DNA of 61,618 nt, counting the filler. It is 5 parts of 5 records of this genome, joined end to end, with 100 filler letters (N's around TTAATTAATTAA, not from the genome) between each part and the next. Parts side by side here need not be neighbours in the genome. Positions count along the whole stretch, not along the records: positions 37,722 to 55,308 come from SRR20825010_4441; positions 55,409 to 58,494 come from SRR20825010_4459; positions 58,595 to 61,618 come from SRR20825010_4461; 2 more parts are not named here. One strand, written 5' to 3'. The position numbers were made by a program, and so were the translations under genes. The notes beneath the pieces are model-generated. The model was not told the DNA's origin, made no database searches, and saw only the letters and a list, made by a program, of their open reading frames with translations. Below are positions 50,207 to 58,824 of the stretch, one piece after another (positions within the stretch are counted from its first letter, which is position 1; every line of letters begins with the position of its first letter).

Positions 50207-50761
50207 ATGCCTGAATCAATCTGCAGTGCATTCAGGCTTCTTCCGCTTTTCAACGTTGGCAACCGACCCTTGGCGTCGTTTCGGATCCTCACCGTCTACC
50301 TCACACTGGCTGCCTTGCTGTTTGGCAATGTTGCAGGTTGGGTTCACGTTGGATGCTCGTCGCACCAATCGGGTTGCTGCGTTTCTCACTGCGACTTGTC
50401 AGCACGATCGCATGACAAATCGCATCGCCACACGCACGCCAGCCACACGCACGATCACGGTGAGCACGGCTGTTGCCACCACGCTCACACCAGCGCGGAC
50501 GAACACGAAACAACCTGCCAAAGCGACACAAGTTGCGTTTCGACCGAGTCAGAATCGGATCAGCCGTCCGAGCCACATGACTCGGATCGTTGTTCGATTT
50601 GCCAGAGTTTCTTTGCGTCGCGTCATGCCGTCTTTCTTTGGGACACCACGGTTCAACTGGAACCGTTGACCGCCAACCGCGACGTGACGATTGCGGAAAA
50701 CGCATTCGTCCCGCAAGCGATTTGCCATCTTCATCGGGTACGGGGTCCGCCCAGCGTCTGA
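50207..50761 (+). CDS. His-rich DUF2946-like protein 2 (CxxC and C-terminal RGPP)
   Basis: TM segment, HRHTHASHTHDHGEHGCCHHAH, PHDSDRCSICQS, RVRGPPSV-stop; start may be TTG 50270. Confidence 0.8.
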   Translation: MPESICSAFRLLPLFNVGNRPLASFRILTVYLTLAALLFGNVAGWVHVGCSSHQSGCCVSHCDLSARSHDKSHRHTHASHTHDHGEHGCCHHAHTSADEHETTCQSDTSCVSTESESDQPSEPHDSDRCSICQSFFASRHAVFLWDTTVQLEPLTANRDVTIAENAFVPQAICHLHRVRGPPSV

Positions 50762-50803
50762 CGCTGCGCGATTGTTTTCCCTGTTTCGCTTCCGTACCCG
50801 AGG
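50734..50803 (+). promoter_or_regulatory. Predicted SD-sequestering mRNA stem
   Basis: TCGGGTACGG (50734-50743) pairs with CCGTACCCGA (50792-50801); GAGG at 50800-50803; ATG 50813. Confidence 0.65.
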
Positions 50804-50812
50804 CGCGTTTCC

Positions 50813-52063
50813 ATGGCAGTTGTCCATGAAATGCCTAGGTCCGTGAGTTGGTTGTCTCGTGTGATGACAACCGACTTTTGTCCCTGGGCGAATCGTTTTG
50901 TTTATTGGCTCAAAGAGCCGATCGGTTGGTTCGTTCTCGCAACCGCAATCAGCGTGATCGTTGGTCTGTACCTCAGCCCAATCGGCTGGGTCCTGGCCGC
51001 TGCGTTGACCGCGATCATCGTTGTCGGCATGGCGTGGCCTTTGGTCGCCGTGCACGTCACCACATGTGAGTTGCGTCCCGAGGCGGACTCCGTTCACGAA
51101 GGCGATGCATGCCGAATGCTCGTCGCCGTCCGCAACCGACTTCCCATTCCAGTTTGGGGATTGGCCGTCGAAGGCTACCTGGACTGCGAAGGCGATGAAG
51201 CGGTTCCTACCGTGGGACTGGCGTGCGTCGCACCGTTGTGTGTCAGTGAATATGGAATCACCGTCCATCCGTCGTTGCGAGGTCACTACCCCATTCAGTT
51301 GCCACAAGTCGCTTGTTCCTTTCCATTTGGAATTTGGACGGCGCGTCGCAACTTGACGACGATGAAGTCGCTCACCGTCTGGCCCAAGATTTATCCGGTG
51401 CAGGGCGTGTGCCCCATCATCGGACTGACCAGCACCGATCAGGGCGACGGCAATCGCGGCGGTCGCAGCGGAGACTTCATTGGAGTACGCGACTATCGAC
51501 GTGGCGATTCAGCGAAACACATCAACTGGGTCGCATCCGCCAAGGTGGACTCGTTGGTCGTGACGGAACGTGGTGGCCCGCAGTCGGTTGAACTCGATGT
51601 CTTCATCGACACCACGATGCATCCATCCACCGCGATGTCGCTCTCGTGTGACGAACACGCCGGGCCAACTGGACGCGAACTGCTGGCCAATCGAATTCGC
51701 ATGGCCGCCAGCGTCTTGATCAACCTGCAGCAATCCGGTGTCCCGATGCGAGTGACGATTGGTTCGCAAAGCCTGCGACTGGCGAGAGGCAGCCAAGGCA
51801 GGCAGCAAATCCTCAACGCTCTCACCGAGATTCCCGCCGATGGAACCGCCGCTTTCGCCCAGCGGAAACGGACCGGCAAGAACGCAAGGATCGAGTTTTC
51901 ATCCGATCGTTTCGGCAGCGAAATCGTGCAAGTGATCGATCCTCGCGGCGGACGCCGAGCTGGCGGGCGATCGGTGATGAAACAGATCGAATCGTGCGAT
52001 GCACTGGCCGACCAGATTTTGTGTTTTTGGACGGAGGTGCGTGATGCAGACGCCGCCGCGTAG
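50813..52063 (+). CDS. DUF58 family protein (MoxR-associated)
   Basis: GDFIGVRDYRRGDSAKHINWVASAK; FPFGI; two N-terminal TMs. Confidence 0.9.
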   Translation: MAVVHEMPRSVSWLSRVMTTDFCPWANRFVYWLKEPIGWFVLATAISVIVGLYLSPIGWVLAAALTAIIVVGMAWPLVAVHVTTCELRPEADSVHEGDACRMLVAVRNRLPIPVWGLAVEGYLDCEGDEAVPTVGLACVAPLCVSEYGITVHPSLRGHYPIQLPQVACSFPFGIWTARRNLTTMKSLTVWPKIYPVQGVCPIIGLTSTDQGDGNRGGRSGDFIGVRDYRRGDSAKHINWVASAKVDSLVVTERGGPQSVELDVFIDTTMHPSTAMSLSCDEHAGPTGRELLANRIRMAASVLINLQQSGVPMRVTIGSQSLRLARGSQGRQQILNALTEIPADGTAAFAQRKRTGKNARIEFSSDRFGSEIVQVIDPRGGRRAGGRSVMKQIESCDALADQILCFWTEVRDADAAA

Positions 52064-54260
52064 ACGAAGAGAAACCATCCTTCTAGCGATCCTGGCGATC
52101 GCCTCCGTGCTGCCGTTGCGATTCTATGTTGAGTCGCGACCTTGGTTCCTGGCCGAATTCGGAACGCTGCTAGCACTCTTTGTTGCCGTGGAACTCGTCA
52201 AGACATTCGGTGCGGGATCAGGCAGATCGAAACTCTTGATGAGTTCCGCGACGACGCTGCTCGCGATTGCGCCCATTCTCTTTGCATTCTTCGCTCGATC
52301 GTTCGGCTCACCAATCGCGTTTGAGATGTCGACTCTATCGGCCTTTGGTTCGGTCTCGCTCGCCGTCGCGATCGCAGCCAAGACCGACCGCACTCGAGCC
52401 ATGTCATTGGTCGCCAGTGGCTTTCTGGTGTTGTTCGCCACATCCATCTCCGAACATTCGCAAGCGGTTTGGATCGCGGTTGCTTGGATGAGCGTTTGTG
52501 TTTGGCACTTGGTCGCCAATCACTGGGAGAAACTGGATGTCTGTTTGCCTGACTCCGTACGCCCCACCGTGGGAGTTCGCCCGGCCAGCGTGCTGATAGC
52601 GGTCGTCTTATGCATCGCCGGTGGACTGGCGGTTCGAAATCATGTCGGTCCCGCCAACCGAATGACCAACGGTGTGATGCCCACCAGTGGCGGTTCCAAA
52701 TGGTCGGACCCTGCGGCACGTTCCGGCGTTGGATCCGGCGACGCAGCCATCGCGGCGAAAGATCATGCCGAGTCCTTTGGAGCAGTCGAGTCTGAGATCT
52801 TTTTGGAATCCACCGAGTCGTCACTCTTCGACATGGTCAACGAGATGATCGGTGAACCCAAACAGAAAATGAAGTGGGACCGTCGCCAAGCGATGGGGAA
52901 CGAAAACTTCATCCCCATGCACGATCAAGCCGCCAAAAGTGAAAAAGGAGGCTCTTCATTCAGCACCGATCGCATGCCACCGAAGAAACATCGACACTTT
53001 GAAGATGCGAAAGAGAACGCGGTGATTCAGTGGGATGGCCCGACTGGCATTCGTCTGGCAATGCAACGTTTTGACACCTTCGATGGCGTCGACTGGACCA
53101 ATTCCGTCGATCGCTCCAACGACAAACTGAGCCAGCGAGAGATCGACCAAAACGTTTGGTTCTTCGATCCCAAGTTGGAATCCAGAGCACTGAGCGACAG
53201 CGATCTGGTGACGGTCAACTTGTTGAAAGTCCTGCGTCTGGATTCGACACGGTTCCCCGCGCCGATGATGACGGCGGGACTCCATATCAAGGACGTGAAC
53301 CGTCAAGACTTCTTCGGGATCGAACACGATGGTTCGTTGTTCATGCCCGAACGAGACAAGATCCCGCCGTTGACAGTGGTGAACTTGGCTTCGATCCAAG
53401 TGATGGAAGACGAACTGTGGAATCGGCTTCCCAATTGCCAAGCCAAGGTGGATGCAAGCGAACAGCCAACATCCGATTCCACCCAACACCCTTACCAACA
53501 ACTGCAGGACATCGTCGAACAATTGCGAACCGAGTTCACTTTCGATCGCAACACACCAACCCATACAGACAATCCCGTCGAGGAATTTTTGCAAACACGT
53601 CGCGGCAGCGATCATCTGTTCGCAACCGTCGCGGCATTGAAGGCACGTGAGATCGGACTGCAATCTCGATTGGTGACGGGGTTCTATGTTCCGCCAGACG
53701 CCTACGACATCTCGGCGGGGCATGCGAACATCACTCCCGAAGACATCCACTTCTGGGTCGAAATCAAGCTCGATGATGGACGTTGGTTTGAACTGGAACC
53801 GACGCCCGGATACCAGCAACCCGTTTACACACCCTCGTTGTGGCTGAGCACCAAACGCTTTGCCGCGGCTCATTGGATGCACGGTCTGCTGATGGTTGCA
53901 CTGGGCGTGGTGACATTCCTCACACGACTGATCTGGATCGATTGGCTACTGACGGCAGCCTGGTCACTTTCGCTGCTGCTGCCTTCTCGAAAACAGCTCG
54001 GAATCGCGATGCGAATTGTGGAAACCCGTGCGAGCTTGATCGGCAAGGCTCGCCCGACCGGGAAACCACAACGCGATTGGCTGGAAGCTCTCGTCGTTCG
54101 CGATCTGCAAATGCGTGATCACGTCCAGCAATTCTGTGACGTCGCCGACCAAGCCATCTTTGGAAACCCCGCACCGATCGATCGGCGCCGACTCAATTCG
54201 CTGGTCCGTGCCTTGAATACAAAACAACTGAAATCGATGACAAACGAGACAATGGCATGA
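52044..54260 (+). CDS. Membrane transglutaminase-like (TgpA-like) protein lacking the canonical Cys
   Basis: Multi-TM N-terminus; FDTFDGVDW, FL..RRGSDHLFA, RLVTGF, HFWVEI, WFELEPTPG; GGAGG before ATG 52044. Confidence 0.8.
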   Translation: MQTPPRRRRETILLAILAIASVLPLRFYVESRPWFLAEFGTLLALFVAVELVKTFGAGSGRSKLLMSSATTLLAIAPILFAFFARSFGSPIAFEMSTLSAFGSVSLAVAIAAKTDRTRAMSLVASGFLVLFATSISEHSQAVWIAVAWMSVCVWHLVANHWEKLDVCLPDSVRPTVGVRPASVLIAVVLCIAGGLAVRNHVGPANRMTNGVMPTSGGSKWSDPAARSGVGSGDAAIAAKDHAESFGAVESEIFLESTESSLFDMVNEMIGEPKQKMKWDRRQAMGNENFIPMHDQAAKSEKGGSSFSTDRMPPKKHRHFEDAKENAVIQWDGPTGIRLAMQRFDTFDGVDWTNSVDRSNDKLSQREIDQNVWFFDPKLESRALSDSDLVTVNLLKVLRLDSTRFPAPMMTAGLHIKDVNRQDFFGIEHDGSLFMPERDKIPPLTVVNLASIQVMEDELWNRLPNCQAKVDASEQPTSDSTQHPYQQLQDIVEQLRTEFTFDRNTPTHTDNPVEEFLQTRRGSDHLFATVAALKAREIGLQSRLVTGFYVPPDAYDISAGHANITPEDIHFWVEIKLDDGRWFELEPTPGYQQPVYTPSLWLSTKRFAAAHWMHGLLMVALGVVTFLTRLIWIDWLLTAAWSLSLLLPSRKQLGIAMRIVETRASLIGKARPTGKPQRDWLEALVVRDLQMRDHVQQFCDVADQAIFGNPAPIDRRRLNSLVRALNTKQLKSMTNETMA

Positions 54261-55204
54261 GTGTGGCAACCCAACAAGAAGATCGAACACAAATCGCGTT
54301 GCAAGCAATACGCGACCAATTGGGAAGCGTCCTGCTGGGCAAATCTGAGCAGATCGAAATGGTCATCGCCTGCTTGCTCGCACAAGGCCACCTGCTACTG
54401 GATGATTTGCCGGGCACGGGCAAGACAACGCTGGCAAAAGCGCTCGCCGATTGCCTCGGTGGACGATTGGCCCGAATCCAGTGCACGCCGGATTTATTGC
54501 CAACCGACGTGACGGGATTCAACTTGTTCAATCAAAAGACCCGCGAGTTCGAGTTCCATCCCGGACCGGTCTTCGCCGATGTGCTGTTGGCAGACGAACT
54601 GAATCGCACCACGCCTCGGACTCAAAGCGCGTTGCTGGAGGCGATGGCGGAACGGCAGGTCACGATTGATTCGGTACCGCATTCGTTGTCCGAGACCTTT
54701 CTCGTCATCGCGACGCAAAACCCGATTGACTCACACGGTGCTTATCCGCTGCCCGAAGCTCAACTGGATCGCTTCACCATCAAACTTCAGATCGGATACC
54801 CCGACCGCGAAGCTCAACTTGGAATTCTTGAAAACGCAGCACGAGCCGACAGCGTCAACGAGCGAGCATGCAACACGTTGTCGTTGACGGAACTGAGGCA
54901 GATTCAACAGCAAGTGCAAACGACATCGGTTCATCCGAAGGTCCAGGGATACTTGGTCGACTTGGTCGAGGCGACTCGCAACGACCCGGCCATTCAGCTG
55001 GGAGTGAGTCCGCGAGGCATGCTGCTGTGGCAACGAATTGCCCAAGCCTGGGCGGTGCTCCAAGGACGCGACTTCGTGACACCCAGTGACGTTGCCAAAG
55101 TCGCTCGCCCGGTATTGTCGGTGCGATTGCTGACCATGGCGGACGACTCCGATTCGGTGATCGATCGAATCATGACCCAAGTTCCCGCGCCGGAGTACAA
55201 GTGA
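54257..55204 (+). CDS. moxR: MoxR-family AAA+ ATPase
   Basis: PGTGKT, RIQCTPDLLP, DELNRTTPRTQSALLEAM, ATQNP, LPEAQLDRF. Confidence 0.95.
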   Translation: MSVATQQEDRTQIALQAIRDQLGSVLLGKSEQIEMVIACLLAQGHLLLDDLPGTGKTTLAKALADCLGGRLARIQCTPDLLPTDVTGFNLFNQKTREFEFHPGPVFADVLLADELNRTTPRTQSALLEAMAERQVTIDSVPHSLSETFLVIATQNPIDSHGAYPLPEAQLDRFTIKLQIGYPDREAQLGILENAARADSVNERACNTLSLTELRQIQQQVQTTSVHPKVQGYLVDLVEATRNDPAIQLGVSPRGMLLWQRIAQAWAVLQGRDFVTPSDVAKVARPVLSVRLLTMADDSDSVIDRIMTQVPAPEYK

Positions 55205-55280
55205 TGACTCGAAACCCCAAGCCATTGCAACGTCAGACGGCTACGTGCCGGAGAGGGCTACATGCTGACTCCAATGCCGA

Positions 55281-55308
55281 ACCCTCCCCTCGCTTCGCTC
55301 GACCCTCC
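55281..55308. repeat. Truncated CCCTCC-type repeat at contig end
   Basis: ACCCTCCCCTCGCTTCGCTCGACCCTCC, cut by the linker. Confidence 0.45.
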
Positions 55309-55408
55309 NNNNNNNNNNNNNNNNNNNNNNNNNNNNNNNNNNNNNNNNNNNNTTAATTAATTAANNNNNNNNNNNNNNNNNNNNNNNNNNNNNNNNNNNN
55401 NNNNNNNN
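55309..55408. other. Artificial contig linker
   Basis: 44 N + TTAATTAATTAA + 44 N. Confidence 0.97.
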
Positions 55409-56368
55409 GATCTCGCATTAGCCTTACGACTGGGAGATAAGGAAGCGACCCAACGCGCATTGAAAATCGTTGCCGATAAAAACGCGGACCGTCCGACTCG
55501 TCTGACTTACATCGAAATCCTGGGGCAGTTAAAAGTGAAGGACGCTGTGGGCCCGTTGACGGCAATTCTTTCTTCATCGGGAGCTGACACACACTCATTA
55601 AAACGGGTCGCGTTGCAGGCTCTGATGAACTATGAAAACCCGAGCATCGGAAAAAGTATTCTGGGTCGTTACCACAGTACCCTGCTCGACGAACACGATG
55701 TCCGCAGTACGGCCCAGCGGGTGCTCGCCAGTCGCAAAGCGTGGAGCAAACAGTTCCTTTCAGAAGTTGACGCGTGGCGGATCAAAGCGAATACGATTCC
55801 CCTGGATGTCGTGCAGCAGATGTCGCTGCATGATGATCCCGAGATCAAAGCCAGCATTAAGAAGCACTGGGGCAAAGTCCGCGGTTCTACTCCTGCAGAA
55901 AAACAGCAGGAAATGAAACGGGTGGCCGAGTTGGTCAAAGCGGGTGGCGGTGAATTCTCAGCCGGGAAAGTCCTGTTCAACAAAACATGTGCCGTCTGTC
56001 ATACACTGTACGGCGAAGGGGGCAAAGCCGGTCCCAAATTGACGGGTTACGAACGCGACAACCTGGACTTCATGCTGCTGGCAGTTGTTGACCCGAGTGC
56101 CGCCATTCGTGAAGAGTTCACTAACTTCCTGGTCGTCACAGACGATGGCCGTACGGTGACAGGTCTCATCGATGAGCAGACGACCAAAACACTCACGCTG
56201 CGTGATGTCAAAGGGCAGACCGTGCTCATCAATAAAGACGAGATCGAAATCCTCAAAGCATTGGACCTGTCACTGATGCCTGATGGTCTGACGAAAACCA
56301 TGAGTGATCAGGAAGTGAAAGACCTCTTCAACTATATCATGAGCCGCACACCCAACGGCGGAAAATAA
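55409..56368 (+). CDS. 5'-truncated PVC-type HEAT-repeat / c-type heme-binding protein
   Basis: CAVCH, GPKLTG, DPSAAIREEF, SLMPDGL C-terminal heme domain typical of planctomycetes. Confidence 0.85.
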   Translation, partial: DLALALRLGDKEATQRALKIVADKNADRPTRLTYIEILGQLKVKDAVGPLTAILSSSGADTHSLKRVALQALMNYENPSIGKSILGRYHSTLLDEHDVRSTAQRVLASRKAWSKQFLSEVDAWRIKANTIPLDVVQQMSLHDDPEIKASIKKHWGKVRGSTPAEKQQEMKRVAELVKAGGGEFSAGKVLFNKTCAVCHTLYGEGGKAGPKLTGYERDNLDFMLLAVVDPSAAIREEFTNFLVVTDDGRTVTGLIDEQTTKTLTLRDVKGQTVLINKDEIEILKALDLSLMPDGLTKTMSDQEVKDLFNYIMSRTPNGGK

Positions 56369-56372
56369 CGAC

Positions 56373-56420
56373 CATAAAAATGGGGCGGGCTGCTCCCCTC
56401 GGCCTGCTCCATTTTTTATG
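56373..56420. terminator. Bidirectional intrinsic terminator
   Basis: CATAAAAATGGGGCGGGC...GCCTGCTCCATTTTTTATG between convergent genes. Confidence 0.75.
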
Positions 56421-56434
56421 CGTCAGTTATTGGT

Positions 56435-57238
56435 TTAAAGTTTTTGCCCTGCGGAATTCTGCTGCGCTGCCTGGGCTTGTCTCAAATCCTGTAACAGTTT
56501 CACAATCGCTTCGTGGGCATGATAGGTCTGGCTGATTACCAGCGATTTGCTGGGTCCATGTATGGAAATGGTCCCCCCTTTAAACTGGAAGTTATAAACC
56601 TGGGCATCCTGGCCGGAGGAACCATAAACGGGAGTCAGCTGGTCCATGCCTCTCGGTTTCCAGTCTCCGATACGTGCGTTGCGAATCACCAATTCCAAAG
56701 CGGAATAGCCATCAGGACTGGATCCGCATAAGTCGCCCACGGGATAGACTCGCGTCTTGAACATCCGCGATGCTTTGTCTTTTGATGTGATCAGGACCAT
56801 TTCCTTGTCGACCACATACGTCAGATCGAGCGGGTCCAGGATATAGTCCAGCTCATTTTGCAGGGATTGATCTGTGAATTTGACGTCGATCATTTCTTCC
56901 CGGGTTACCCCGGCCTCTTCCAGATCATTGTCCTGCAGTAGAAAAGGAACAGTAGTCAATGCGGAAAAATATTGCATTGTTTCATAGAGCGGGACTTTGG
57001 GAAAATTTGCATGGGTATCTCTCTTCAACATGCTGTCGATCAGTTCTTCACGTTTGGTTAACACCGGATAAAAGACGGGCTGTGATTTCGCAGCGACTTT
57101 GGGTGGTTCAATCTTCTTATCCGGCGTCACTGTTTTTTCTTCAGCCTGAACTGCCAGCGTTAACACTCCGATTAACACCGTCCCCCATCCCACTGCCAGG
57201 ATACGGGATCGACTATCCTTCTGATTTCTGCTCATCAT
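56435..57238 (-). CDS. Exported protein with secretin N-domain-like motifs (paralog A)
   Basis: Signal peptide; LDPLDLTYVVD, KTRVYPVGDL, GGTIS...LVISQTYHAHEAIVKLLQDLR. Confidence 0.7.
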   Translation of the reverse strand: MMSRNQKDSRSRILAVGWGTVLIGVLTLAVQAEEKTVTPDKKIEPPKVAAKSQPVFYPVLTKREELIDSMLKRDTHANFPKVPLYETMQYFSALTTVPFLLQDNDLEEAGVTREEMIDVKFTDQSLQNELDYILDPLDLTYVVDKEMVLITSKDKASRMFKTRVYPVGDLCGSSPDGYSALELVIRNARIGDWKPRGMDQLTPVYGSSGQDAQVYNFQFKGGTISIHGPSKSLVISQTYHAHEAIVKLLQDLRQAQAAQQNSAGQKL

Positions 57239-57301
57239 TATTGCTCCATTTAACTTAAAACGACTGAAACTTTTTCAGTACCGTTTTTCGAAGAGACCAG
57301 G

Positions 57302-58234
57302 TTATTCACTGTCCTGTTGTGCCTGACGTAATTGTGTCAATAATTCGACAATCGCATTGTGGGCGTGCCAGGTCTGGCTGATCACCAGCGCGTGTGACTG
57401 TTGCACCACGGAGATCGTGCCTCCCGGTTCATCACTGAGATTTACCTGTGATGGTCCTCCTCCAAAACCGCCGCCACCACCCAGGTGACCACCACCCAGG
57501 CCAACACCTAATACGCCCTGGACATTAAAAAATCCTGAGCCGGCATTTCCTTTCTGTCCCTGATTGGGATTCGAATTACTCAATGTGGTATTGATGCGAA
57601 CGGGTTTCCAGTCTCCCAGATTCGCATTCTGGATGGAGGTCCCCAGGACCAGGTAATCTTCATCAATGATGCACAGATCGGCAACCGGGTACACCCGCGT
57701 TTTGAATGTGTTGGCAGCAGTCTCTTTTGACAGTACCTGAATCAGTCCCCGATCGACAATATAGGTTAGATCCAGCGGATCCAGGATCTGCAGCAGGGCA
57801 TCGCTCAGGCTGATTTCAGAGAAATTCGCATCAATGAGCTCATCAGGTGTGATTCCCAGATTATTTTCCAGATCTTTTGCCTGAATCACAATGGGTACTT
57901 TATGTCTGTCGCTGTAATAGGTGATCACATCCTGCAGAGGTGTTTCTACAAAGTCGGCGTCGGTATTCATCTTCAGCGCCACATCAAATGTCTGTTCGCG
58001 GGCGGTGAGCGCCGGGTAGAAAATCGGCTTTGACGCCTTCGCTTTTTTTGGTTCTGCAGGCGCGATCGTTTTCGAAATCGCGTTTACGGTCGGCTTTTTC
58101 GCTGAAGTCTCTTTCGATTTCTGCTTCTCTTCAGCGTTTGCCGTGATGAGAAAACCTGCCGCTACCAGGCAGCTCAACAGTGCAAACGTAATTTTTTTTC
58201 TCCGGTTTCCGATATCGGTTTTCCGTTTCATCAC
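57302..58234 (-). CDS. Exported protein with secretin N-domain-like motifs (paralog B)
   Basis: LDPLDLTYIVD, KTRVYPVADL, Gly-rich loop, GGTIS...LVISQTWHAHNAIVELLTQLR. Confidence 0.7.
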   Translation of the reverse strand: MMKRKTDIGNRRKKITFALLSCLVAAGFLITANAEEKQKSKETSAKKPTVNAISKTIAPAEPKKAKASKPIFYPALTAREQTFDVALKMNTDADFVETPLQDVITYYSDRHKVPIVIQAKDLENNLGITPDELIDANFSEISLSDALLQILDPLDLTYIVDRGLIQVLSKETAANTFKTRVYPVADLCIIDEDYLVLGTSIQNANLGDWKPVRINTTLSNSNPNQGQKGNAGSGFFNVQGVLGVGLGGGHLGGGGGFGGGPSQVNLSDEPGGTISVVQQSHALVISQTWHAHNAIVELLTQLRQAQQDSE

Positions 58235-58313
58235 TTTCTCCTGCTGTTGTCAGTTTTTTGAATTAATCGAATTCTGATTTAAATATCTTTGCGACTGGTT
58301 TGAGATGAGTCGT

Positions 58314-58493
58314 CTATTCACTGGCACGGGCTTCTCTGATTTGTGTTAATAGATCTACAATGGCATTGTGCGCGTGGTAAGTCTGCGTGATGACCAATGC
58401 ATGACTTTGCTGAACAATCGTAATCGTTCCGCCGTTACCGTTTTCATAAAGCAGAGGATCGATACTTTCCGCTCCTTTAAATTTCCCATCCGG
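58314..58493 (-). CDS. 3' end of a third paralog (C), absent from the ORF track
   Basis: Manual translation ...GGTITIVQQSHALVITQTYHAHNAIVDLLTQIREARASE-stop. Confidence 0.85.
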   Translation of the reverse strand, partial: PDGKFKGAESIDPLLYENGNGGTITIVQQSHALVITQTYHAHNAIVDLLTQIREARASE

Positions 58494-58494
58494 T

Positions 58495-58594
58495 NNNNNN
58501 NNNNNNNNNNNNNNNNNNNNNNNNNNNNNNNNNNNNNNTTAATTAATTAANNNNNNNNNNNNNNNNNNNNNNNNNNNNNNNNNNNNNNNNNNNN
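58495..58594. other. Artificial contig linker
   Basis: 44 N + TTAATTAATTAA + 44 N. Confidence 0.97.
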
Positions 58595-58596
58595 GC

Positions 58597-58632
58597 GAGC
58601 CGCTTGCGTTGGGAATTCAGGCGTTTTGATGC
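58597..58632 (+). repeat. Direct repeat, copy 1
   Basis: GAGCCGCTTGCGTTGGGAATTCAGGCGTTTTGATGC; 33/36 identical to 61583-61618. Confidence 0.85.
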
Positions 58633-58824
58633 CAAACATCCCTTGTTTAAAAATCATTAGTGTTCGATCAGCGGAGATTAGAGTTTCCTTGGCCGCTCTG
58701 GCGGAACACTAATCAACTCTGATCGGACACCAATCGTTGGTGTTTCGAGATGTGGGGAATAAAACGGCTGGATGCCGATGCCACTTCGATGCCACCAGCA
58801 GACCAGACAACTCAGAGAAACCAC

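Noticed and set aside
56435-58493. Secretin-like genes as the missing CpaC/RcpA of the Tad cluster
   Set aside because: They lie on a different contig, probably from a different organism; the tad cluster is truncated, so absence of a secretin cannot be claimed
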